Positions 50,624 through 59,433 of a DNA stretch of 64,000 nt are shown here, piece by piece. Both the position numbers and the translations under genes were made by a program. Source of the stretch: Promethearchaeota archaeon. Its GTDB lineage: Archaea; Asgardarchaeota; Lokiarchaeia; Sigyniarchaeales; SOKP01. The stretch is taken from contig JBHLOC010000023.1 of the NCBI GenBank assembly GCA_048940925.1, positions 1 to 64,000 of the forward strand. Reading direction: 5' to 3'. The notes under the pieces were generated by a model. It made no database searches and was not told where the DNA came from. It saw nothing but the letters and a program-made list of their open reading frames with translations. Position 1 is the first letter of the stretch. Each line of letters begins with the position of its first letter.

Positions 50624-53600
50624 TTATCTCGTCCTCACTGCATCTACAATATTTAGATTAGCTGCCCATTTTGCTGGATATCTTGAGCTAAGAATTACTG
50701 TAAGTAATACAGCTCCTACCAGAATACTAATAGTTAACCATGGGATAGTCCAAGTAACGGTGAGAAAACCTCCTCCGGGCATTGTATCCACCATCAAGGT
50801 ACCCTGAATTAAACCCGCAAAAATACCTGTAAATAGGCCTAAAAGTGCTAAAATTAATGTCTCTCCAGATATTGATCGTATGACACCTTTTTTACTTAAT
50901 CCTATGGATCTAAGCATACCTATTTCCCTCCTACGCGCCATAGTTGTAAGAAGACTATGAAGAGTCAAACCTATCATTGCGATGATTATGGATAATACCA
51001 GTAAGCCAGTCGTTATGAAAACAATTAAATTAAGCATAGTTCTGAATGTGGAACTCATAAAAGATTTTGTAAAAGAAAAGATTATAAGATACCCTCTATC
51101 TTCTATATAATTAACTAGTTCTTCTAAAACAATTTCATCTTTTACTCCTTTTTCTGTCCAAGCAAACCAGTCATATACATTGGTTCTATATTGTAGAGTG
51201 AAACTTTTAGGATCTACTATTGACCAATTTCCACCTGCTAGAGATTGTAGATTTTGAGCAAGTAAATTCTTAATAGGGGTAATGTTATATGGATCTTCAC
51301 AATGAATTAGGACTGAAGTTATATTATCATTTGAATAATTAGATCCCTTATAATTTGCGTATATAAGATTTCTTGCTTTATCATAATTAATATATATCGA
51401 ATTTCCACTAATATCAAAACCTGTCTCAAAACCAGCATACCAATTATACTTTTCTGTATTATAATAAGTAGGTGTGTCTATTATACCAACGATTTCAAAT
51501 TTTGGCCAGGTGCTTGGAGGTGATGGAAATGGTGGGAATGGAGAGATACTAATATTATCACCGATTTTCACAGAAGGATGATTTTTTATGAATGTTTCAT
51601 CAACCACACATATATTCTCAGTTGTAATGTTTAAGAGTTCTTCCATTGTATTTCCTTCATATCCAGTTTGTCGTTCAACAAGACTATTATTTCCAAAAAA
51701 TGAATCAGATTTTAATTTTCCATTTGAAATTGTATGAACACCAACAACCGAAGTCATATTATCTATTTTTGAACCATTATATGAATAGGTATAATAATCC
51801 ATTCTTGTAGTATAATACTCAATTCCACTAGCAGTGTTCAATATATTCTTAACTTTAGAAAAATTAAACCAATTTGGTAATGCTGCATCCACCAAAGGAT
51901 CTCCAGTTTGAGGTTTTTGCCTTATAATCATATCAGTTCCTCCACCAGGTAAATTTTTTGACGCAATCTCTTCATAAGTTGTCCAAGAAACAAACATATT
52001 ATAAGCCTTGCCCTGGCTTCTACCCATAAGATTCAAGTTCGAAAAACCTCGCAGATTTCTAATAATTGCAATGACACTCATATTTAATATAATTGTATCT
52101 TCATGTATATTATAATCATCTCCATCCAATATTGCAGTTAAATTCGCATACGTTAGACCTAAAGAGAATTTAACTGACAAATTTTCACCCACTTTTACAT
52201 TATAGTCATCAGCAAATTCCTTATCAATTATAATTTTATATCCCATTTCAATGTCATTCATAATTTCACTTAGTGTCGCTGTTGAAGGTGACACTATTTC
52301 AGCTGTCATATGCTCCTTAATCTTAGCTGTATCTAACACATTTATCGTAATAGATTCATTCCCTGCGGTATCAAGTAAGCTACGTCCAATCCAATCATTA
52401 TTTATTTGAACCTGAGCATTTTGATGGGTTACCCCCATGACATCCTCTACTCCTGATTGGTTGATGAGCCCGTCCTCAAAAGAACGAGGTGTATTAAAAG
52501 TATAAACACGAATATCAGCGCCCATAAAGTTATTAATAGTAGTATTTACACCTGATCTCATTGAATCCATCATAACACTCATCCCAATAAGAAAACTTGT
52601 TGTCAACGCGATCATAGTGAAAGTTAATGTTGTTCTTCTTCGATGCCTTAGAATATTCTTCTCAGTTAATAATCTTGTTTTTCGGAGATAGGGAGAAAAT
52701 ACTAACACAAATGCTCTATTAAGCGGTTTGATACAAAGCGCCATTAACCAAATAATGCCAAATAAGATAAACATTGGACCAAGCATTGCTGTAATTATTC
52801 CCTGAGAAGGTCCAGGCCCTTGAATTTCAGCTCTAGTTTCAGGACTGGAAGTCATAAGCCACACTCCACTGAAAATTAGTATCCCCCCTAAAATGAAGAA
52901 TAGTAGCCTTCTCCAAAAATGTTTTTTCTCTCTTTTAGACTTCTCTTCAATAGGATTTAAGCATTCAATAATAGGTTTACGACTTGCTTTCCAGCTAGGA
53001 TAAAGTGAAGCAATTATACAAGAAATTAGCCCTATTATAAATGTAATAATTAATGTTGTAGGATATAACACAATTTCAAAATCTGAAATTGCAAATCCTC
53101 CCATTTGAGCTGCAATATCTCGGATTGCTTGCAATGTTGCAGAAAATATTAAATAGGCTATAAAATAGGAAAATATTGTTCCTATTGTTGCTCCGATTAT
53201 TCCCATTACTATACCTTGGGTTAAAAACATCTTAAAAGTTTCTGATTTAGATGCTCCTATCGCTTGAAACATACCTGTCTCGTACTCTTGTTCTTTCTTG
53301 ATAATATTAAAAATATTCATCATTAATATGATTGATAAAATTAACGCTATAATACCAAACATTGTAAACATGGTCCGCATCGAGCTCATTGTAGTTTCAA
53401 TCATCTCTAGGCTGTCTGATTTTAAGTCTTTGACTTTCCAATCCATTTCATCATTAAGATCTATTAAATTGTTTTCAATATTCTTGGCTACTGAAGACAC
53501 ACTATATATATTATCAACACCTACAACGCCCAGATTATATTCACCAGTGTGATTTTCTGTGCCATCAACAAGTTCATGAGTGTTATTAATATTAGCAAAT

Positions 53601-54316
53601 ATGCCAGGTCCTTGCGAAAAAAATGAAGTTCCTGAAGACTCTTCAGAGGGATTGAAATCGCGAGCTTCTCCAATATCCCGTATGATAGCGACAACACTAT
53701 ACTCAATCCATGTCCCTGTATCTAGAGGGTTATATCCCAAAGATTCACCTTCATTTGGCAAAATCCAAACACTATCATTCACTTTAAAATCTTTCCCTAA
53801 TTCAATTTTTAGCGATTCTGATATAACTAGTACTCTATCTCCCGTAATTTCTTGTGTATAATCAAGTAGTTCTTCAATAGTATCACCACTACTAATGGAT
53901 TCTAATATATATGGTTTCGCTCCTAATTTTTGCTCATCTATATTTCGATAATCAATACCATAGATTCCAGTCCCTGTACTATTATCTACTTGATCCCCTT
54001 TATCAGTAGCGCTAACATAAACGTTAAATCCTGAAATCCTGAAGGCAATCGATTCAACATGCTTAATATCCTCGATTTCACCCTGTATTTCAGCAGGATT
54101 AAACCAACCATCTGTACTATTAGCAGATCTTATTAATATGTCTGCTGTGCCCAATTGTTCATCAATAGTATTTAACATCATCACTGTAAATGAATCAGAG
54201 ACAATCATAACTCCTCCAAACAAAGCTACACTAATTACAAGTGTAATTGTTGTAAGAATATAGCGAACTTTACGTCTTTTCATATTGCGTAAGGCAATTT
54301 TAGTAATTACACTCAT
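50624..54316 (-). CDS. FtsX/MacB-like ABC permease, duplicated with large extracellular domains
   Basis: ALRNMKRRKVR, ETGMFQAIGASK, RRREIGMLRSIG. Confidence 0.88.
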   Translation of the reverse strand: MSVITKIALRNMKRRKVRYILTTITLVISVALFGGVMIVSDSFTVMMLNTIDEQLGTADILIRSANSTDGWFNPAEIQGEIEDIKHVESIAFRISGFNVYVSATDKGDQVDNSTGTGIYGIDYRNIDEQKLGAKPYILESISSGDTIEELLDYTQEITGDRVLVISESLKIELGKDFKVNDSVWILPNEGESLGYNPLDTGTWIEYSVVAIIRDIGEARDFNPSEESSGTSFFSQGPGIFANINNTHELVDGTENHTGEYNLGVVGVDNIYSVSSVAKNIENNLIDLNDEMDWKVKDLKSDSLEMIETTMSSMRTMFTMFGIIALILSIILMMNIFNIIKKEQEYETGMFQAIGASKSETFKMFLTQGIVMGIIGATIGTIFSYFIAYLIFSATLQAIRDIAAQMGGFAISDFEIVLYPTTLIITFIIGLISCIIASLYPSWKASRKPIIECLNPIEEKSKREKKHFWRRLLFFILGGILIFSGVWLMTSSPETRAEIQGPGPSQGIITAMLGPMFILFGIIWLMALCIKPLNRAFVLVFSPYLRKTRLLTEKNILRHRRRTTLTFTMIALTTSFLIGMSVMMDSMRSGVNTTINNFMGADIRVYTFNTPRSFEDGLINQSGVEDVMGVTHQNAQVQINNDWIGRSLLDTAGNESITINVLDTAKIKEHMTAEIVSPSTATLSEIMNDIEMGYKIIIDKEFADDYNVKVGENLSVKFSLGLTYANLTAILDGDDYNIHEDTIILNMSVIAIIRNLRGFSNLNLMGRSQGKAYNMFVSWTTYEEIASKNLPGGGTDMIIRQKPQTGDPLVDAALPNWFNFSKVKNILNTASGIEYYTTRMDYYTYSYNGSKIDNMTSVVGVHTISNGKLKSDSFFGNNSLVERQTGYEGNTMEELLNITTENICVVDETFIKNHPSVKIGDNISISPFPPFPSPPSTWPKFEIVGIIDTPTYYNTEKYNWYAGFETGFDISGNSIYINYDKARNLIYANYKGSNYSNDNITSVLIHCEDPYNITPIKNLLAQNLQSLAGGNWSIVDPKSFTLQYRTNVYDWFAWTEKGVKDEIVLEELVNYIEDRGYLIIFSFTKSFMSSTFRTMLNLIVFITTGLLVLSIIIAMIGLTLHSLLTTMARRREIGMLRSIGLSKKGVIRSISGETLILALLGLFTGIFAGLIQGTLMVDTMPGGGFLTVTWTIPWLTISILVGAVLLTVILSSRYPAKWAANLNIVDAVRTR

Positions 54317-54350
54317 GAGTATTGATCTCCATTATACAGAATTTTATTTG

Positions 54351-54932
54351 TTAATTCATCTTTATACATTTTTTTTTAAATTTTGATATAGATTTTTCAC
54401 AATGTTGTTTTAATTCATTTAACTCATTAATTTTTCGGGATATTAGTGAATTTTGAAATTCTAAAAATTCTAATTTATCTTCTGTAGATTTTTCTTGATA
54501 ACTCTCGATTTCATTATATTCAAAAGGAAATCTAAAAAGTTGAATTTTATCAAATAGTATAGGTAATAATTCTTTATCAGTTCCAATAGTATACGTTATA
54601 AGAGTATTTATTGCATTTCTCAACTTCAAATACTCTTCAAGAATAATCTTTAAAGTTTCTGTTCCTTTTTTTGTTATCGTATAAATCTTTCTAATCCGGC
54701 TGTCATAAGATTTCTCAGTATATTCTACAAGTTGTTCGTTATACATATTATTAAGTACCGTATATATCGTGGAAAGAGGTGCTTCTAATACTCCGAAGGT
54801 CAAATCTTCTATTATCTTTTTAAGTTTATAACCGTGACAAGGTCCTTTTTCAAGTATTAATAATATTTGAATTCTAATAAAACCCTTTCTTATTGCTTTA
54901 TCAAAATTAATCGCAATTTCCTCAACTTTAAT
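54351..54932 (-). CDS. PadR-family transcriptional regulator, probable ATT start
   Basis: In-frame extension of the 54803 ORF gives KAIRKGFIRIQILLILEKGPCHGYKL...STIYTVL...RKIYTITKKG. No ATG/GTG/TTG lies between the upstream stop and 54803; GGTGAT precedes ATT ATT. Confidence 0.8.
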   Translation of the reverse strand: MKVEEIAINFDKAIRKGFIRIQILLILEKGPCHGYKLKKIIEDLTFGVLEAPLSTIYTVLNNMYNEQLVEYTEKSYDSRIRKIYTITKKGTETLKIILEEYLKLRNAINTLITYTIGTDKELLPILFDKIQLFRFPFEYNEIESYQEKSTEDKLEFLEFQNSLISRKINELNELKQHCEKSISKFKKKCIKMN

Positions 54933-55190
54933 AATATCACCGAAAAATTATTTTAAAAAAAACATATCAATTTCTGAAATATAACCAATTTTGATATATA
55001 AAATTTTTTGATATAATAAGATTTAGCTTTTAAAGATGTCCTTTTATAAGTAATAGATTTCGTGTATTATGAATATAGGAATATTTTCTACAATTATAAA
55101 AATTTCTTTAAAGCAATATATAGAAAATTTATTTAGGTAGTGAATTATGTAATATTTCTACAATTAAATAAATGTTGAATGTGAAAATAA

Positions 55191-55877
55191 ATGGATCTAG
55201 ATGTTTATAAAGATTTATTTCTAAATCAAAAAAGAGATCAAACACCTATTACTGATATTATGGGAAAAATAACTCGAGGTAAAACTTCTAAAGATTTTAA
55301 GACATTGACCCATGATCCTACAAGGAAAATAGTAATGTTAATGGGATCTGATGGTCTTGAGCGTATTTTGGGTAATTCAGGATTAGAAACATTAGTTGAG
55401 ATTGGGTATACACAAGATCATATTCACCATTTGATAAATCAAGGATTTAAGTTTAAACTAGTAATTTTTAATGCAGTAAGCTCTTGTTTATTAGCAACAT
55501 GGGATAATACCGCAAAATTAGCTTCCAAAGTTTATCCTAAAGCGAAAAAGAAAATTTACAACAAATTAGAAGAACTAACACAAGTCTCTTTTGAAAAAAT
55601 TGAGAAAGAGTCATCAATGATCTGGGGTGAAATTGATAAAATCGGAACATCAGATCCAAATTTTATGACTTATAAAAGATTCAAACAATCAAAAGGGACA
55701 TTGATAGATGTAAGGAAGTTTTTTTATTTTACACTTCATTTTAGAGAATTGTTTTCTGGTGATGGCTTTACATATAATCAAAAAGGAGAAAAGACTTTAA
55801 AGGAATATATTTGCCTAAATCAAAAACTTAAGAACTTTTCTGATTATAGATTGATAGATATAGAAATTTCGATATGA
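55191..55877 (+). CDS. Hypothetical protein
   Basis: 228-aa ORF, no motif recognised. Confidence 0.6.
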   Translation: MDLDVYKDLFLNQKRDQTPITDIMGKITRGKTSKDFKTLTHDPTRKIVMLMGSDGLERILGNSGLETLVEIGYTQDHIHHLINQGFKFKLVIFNAVSSCLLATWDNTAKLASKVYPKAKKKIYNKLEELTQVSFEKIEKESSMIWGEIDKIGTSDPNFMTYKRFKQSKGTLIDVRKFFYFTLHFRELFSGDGFTYNQKGEKTLKEYICLNQKLKNFSDYRLIDIEISI

Positions 55878-55985
55878 AATGTATTTTTGAATCCAAAAAA
55901 ATGGAATAATTAGTATAAATAACTTAAACTTTTCGATTAATGAGAATAATATTAATTATTATAATTATATGTATTGAGCTAATTG

Positions 55986-57749
55986 TTATTTATAATTATT
56001 GTCTATATACTTCATTACTTTATGGATTTCTTCTAAATGAGTTTCAATTCGCCCAAAAATATAGAATCTAACCTCTGGTCCTGTTCCACTTGGTCTGAAA
56101 TAAAGTGTAGAATCTTCACTTTTTAATTGATAAATATCAATCATATTATTATTGTCTGATAATGCATGAATTTTATAGTTTTTATCACCTATTTCAATCA
56201 TTTTTCCATCATTTTTTTCAAAATTCTTCATAATTCTTACTTTTTCTTCATCAACGGCAGAAATTGTACGGTTAATTCCTTTTATTGTCCAGTCAATTGC
56301 CTCTGAAATGATATATCCCCTACATAAAAGCTCAGTTATGAGCACCAAAGCAGGAACAGGATACTTATCCGCTATAATTGTAAACTCTGTCGAAAAGCTA
56401 TATTCTCCAGTATTTATATTTTTTGAAACATTCAGAATACTTAATGTATGTCCTCCACTTTCTTCCCAAAAAACCATTAGAAAATCTTGTTTTTCGATAT
56501 CTTGATTTTCCATTAATTTAATCAATTGTTCTCTAAGAGGGACTGCATTATCAATCTTTATCAAATTTCGGTTCTCATTTTCAAAATAAAGAATTGCCGT
56601 ATCAATTTTAGACTTCTCTACTTCTATTCCAAGGAGGAAATACATAATTATACCTAAATGTTTATAACCTACTCCTGTCAGAATATTTATAAAACTTGTA
56701 TGATCTCCACGTAAATCACTCGGTATGGTTCTCACATTAATTATTTTCTTATTATATTCGTTAGCAAGAATATTATGCAAAGCTGTATAGATTTCATTAG
56801 GAATGTAAGTAAAATATTCTCCATTTTGCTTTACATATAATGCAATCCTATCTCTATCAGCATCTAACAACAATGCAATATTGGAATCAACTTGAGTCAT
56901 TAATTCCTGTAATTTTTTCTCGTGGATATTCTTCAAAGGATTTGGAGGATTAAGTTCCTCTTCAATAAGAGTAATATTTGCTCCATAGTATTTGAAGAGA
57001 TCAACAATTCCCCTTGCTTTACCTAAGTATGGCCAAATTATTATATTCCTATCTCGGATGCTCTTTATTTCGAGAACTTTTGATAATAAATGAATAATAT
57101 AATCATTATTTTTTTTCTCAGCATCAATTATATTGGGAGAATATTCTGCTTTAAAGTGAATCTCTTTTAATTCAAGAGCTTTTTTAGATACATCTTTAAT
57201 AAGATTACCAGATATGGGTATTGAGTAGTCGATATAAAACTTTATTCCATTCCATGATAAATCGTTGTGACTAGCAGTCAACACGATAATGAGATTAATA
57301 TCATCATATAATGCAACTGAGGCAGCACCATAAGGAGAAGAAACTTTAGATTCTCCGGGAATGTCTTTCTGATAATAAATTTCATACCCCTCGTAAGAGA
57401 AAATCTGAGAACAATATTTCAAAAGAATATCTTTACTTGGTCTATTATCAGTAACAATTAATATTTTTAAATTTTGATTTTCTTTCATTTCTTTAAATTT
57501 TAGACTAATTGCTTTGAAAACTCTAAGAAATAAAAAGAGTTTTCGTTTGGTTAGTACATACTTTTCTTTATCTTCTTTTAATTCGATGTTAAATATTTGA
57601 ATTCTTAATCCGGATGTAGGTGCCACAATTGGGTCAATTAAATACTCTTCTTCTCTAGTTAAATCTGGTAATTTAAGGTATTTAATACCTCCTTCTAAAT
57701 TTTCTAATTTTATATCTTCAATCTCAAAATCAACCAAGAAACTCACCAA
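55986..57749 (-). CDS. Alpha-D-phosphohexomutase superfamily protein
   Basis: TSGLR, TASHN (phospho-Ser), DADRDR (metal loop), EESGG, RPSGT. Confidence 0.85.
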   Translation of the reverse strand: MVSFLVDFEIEDIKLENLEGGIKYLKLPDLTREEEYLIDPIVAPTSGLRIQIFNIELKEDKEKYVLTKRKLFLFLRVFKAISLKFKEMKENQNLKILIVTDNRPSKDILLKYCSQIFSYEGYEIYYQKDIPGESKVSSPYGAASVALYDDINLIIVLTASHNDLSWNGIKFYIDYSIPISGNLIKDVSKKALELKEIHFKAEYSPNIIDAEKKNNDYIIHLLSKVLEIKSIRDRNIIIWPYLGKARGIVDLFKYYGANITLIEEELNPPNPLKNIHEKKLQELMTQVDSNIALLLDADRDRIALYVKQNGEYFTYIPNEIYTALHNILANEYNKKIINVRTIPSDLRGDHTSFINILTGVGYKHLGIIMYFLLGIEVEKSKIDTAILYFENENRNLIKIDNAVPLREQLIKLMENQDIEKQDFLMVFWEESGGHTLSILNVSKNINTGEYSFSTEFTIIADKYPVPALVLITELLCRGYIISEAIDWTIKGINRTISAVDEEKVRIMKNFEKNDGKMIEIGDKNYKIHALSDNNNMIDIYQLKSEDSTLYFRPSGTGPEVRFYIFGRIETHLEEIHKVMKYIDNNYK

Positions 57750-57833
57750 TTAATTAATAAGATAATAGAGAATAGGATTAACTATTTTATAACTATTTTT
57801 ATTGGAGGGTAAAATAAACTTCTCTCATAAAAT

Positions 57834-58703
57834 TTATGATAAATCTTTAATAGCTTCTTTTAATATTGCTATTATTTTCTCACGATACATTGGTTCAATA
57901 GCAATCATACCATAAGTTTTAATACGACGTTTTTCACTCGACAATATTTTCTCACAAAATTCAGGAGTTAGTCTATTAGGTAAATCCTGTTTATTTGCAA
58001 TACCTAAAACCATTTTGTCCTGAAAAAATTTATCCAACAAATCATGAATAATTTCTTTTGAACCATTAATATTTTCAAAAGTTGAATCCGTAACAAGTAG
58101 AGCAATATCGGAACCTGTCAATAAACTTTTCCACAAAGATCTAAATTGAGCTTGACCTGCAAAATCCCACAGCGTGACCGTTCTTTCAAATTCATCTCCC
58201 TCATAAGACACAATATCAGCTGTGATTGTTGGCACATATTCAAGATTAACATCTTTACCAGCTATAAGACGAGTTAATGTAGTTTTACCTACACCCCCAA
58301 ATCCTATTATGGAGATTTTAATTGCTCCTAGTATTAAATTATCTAATTCTTTTTCAAATTCATAAAATATGGTTCTATTTCCAGCCCAACTTCCATCTTC
58401 TAATAATTTCCCATATTTCTCCATGAATTTGGCTCTTATACTGAGAATCTTAGAATTAACTAGAGAATCATCATCTTCTAAATCTGTACAAACAACAATA
58501 ATGATGGTATCAATTATCGTATAGAAATATTTAAAATCTTCCGTTTGAGTACTCTTAATATCACTCTGGCTAATCTCTTTCATAAATCCTGAAAAAGCAC
58601 TCAAAAAACCAGCTAATAAATCTCTATCTACCTCAGAGGTCCCATAATTTCTGAATAACAATGATTTTCCGTCTCTTGTTAAGATGTTAACATACTGTAT
58701 CAA
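57834..58703 (-). CDS. Longin domain-small GTPase fusion (Asgard eukaryotic signature protein)
   Basis: Longin VNILTRDGKSLL...DLLAGFLSAF; GFGGVGKTT, YVPT, WDFAGQAQF, NKQD. Confidence 0.88.
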   Translation of the reverse strand: MIQYVNILTRDGKSLLFRNYGTSEVDRDLLAGFLSAFSGFMKEISQSDIKSTQTEDFKYFYTIIDTIIIVVCTDLEDDDSLVNSKILSIRAKFMEKYGKLLEDGSWAGNRTIFYEFEKELDNLILGAIKISIIGFGGVGKTTLTRLIAGKDVNLEYVPTITADIVSYEGDEFERTVTLWDFAGQAQFRSLWKSLLTGSDIALLVTDSTFENINGSKEIIHDLLDKFFQDKMVLGIANKQDLPNRLTPEFCEKILSSEKRRIKTYGMIAIEPMYREKIIAILKEAIKDLS

Positions 58704-58836
58704 GTTTTACACGAGAGAAGTTTTTTATAATAGAATTATATTTATTAAATAATAAAATTCAATAAAAAATAAATTTTGTAAAAGATCTACTTTTTATTTA
58801 ACGGCATCTCAATTAACAAGCAAGAGAGGAATATTA

Positions 58837-59409
58837 ATGGAACCTGAAAAAACTGATGAGAAGCTTGATAATTTTGCTTCAGTGCTTGAAAAATTCGGGC
58901 TTGATATTATAACTAAAATGGGACAGACAAATTTAAAAATAAATATGCTCACTGATAAAATCGATGAATTAAGTAAAGCTACTCTCGATGTAAAAGCACT
59001 TTTACCTCAACTAACTAATGTAATCGAAAATCAAAAAATTTTGGAAGCTGAACTTGATTTAATTAGAACCTTAATTCAAAAATCAACTATAACATATCAA
59101 CCGAATGAAATTGAAAGTGAGGGCGTAGAGAGGGATACTTCTGCAACTGATAAAAAAAAAGCGATTATCGATCAATTTCACACCTTAGAAAAGTATATTG
59201 AAGAAAATGATGGCCCTGAACATGTGACAACAAGTTTAGCTAATATTAAAGAAGAGATTTTCGTATTTACTGGAGGTCATAGAATTCTTTATGAAATTGG
59301 ACAATTTACTAGTAAAATGAATGGTTTGGACACCCTTAATGATGATATAAAAAGGGAACTAAAAGAAAAAATCACATTCTGGATCAATAAATTGTCAGTA
59401 AAAGGATAA
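58837..59409 (+). CDS. Hypothetical protein: coiled coil plus C-terminal helical domain
   Basis: N-terminal heptad pattern; C-terminal ~80 aa aligns with the C-terminus of the 13985..16165 protein. Confidence 0.65.
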   Translation: MEPEKTDEKLDNFASVLEKFGLDIITKMGQTNLKINMLTDKIDELSKATLDVKALLPQLTNVIENQKILEAELDLIRTLIQKSTITYQPNEIESEGVERDTSATDKKKAIIDQFHTLEKYIEENDGPEHVTTSLANIKEEIFVFTGGHRILYEIGQFTSKMNGLDTLNDDIKRELKEKITFWINKLSVKG

Positions 59410-59433
59410 AATAAAGTTATAAAAAAATTTCTT

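Noticed and set aside
55085-55166. 12-bp direct repeat TTTCTACAATTA (two copies, 70 bp apart) as a CRISPR remnant or target-site duplication
   Set aside because: Only two short AT-rich copies, with no cas or transposase genes nearby.
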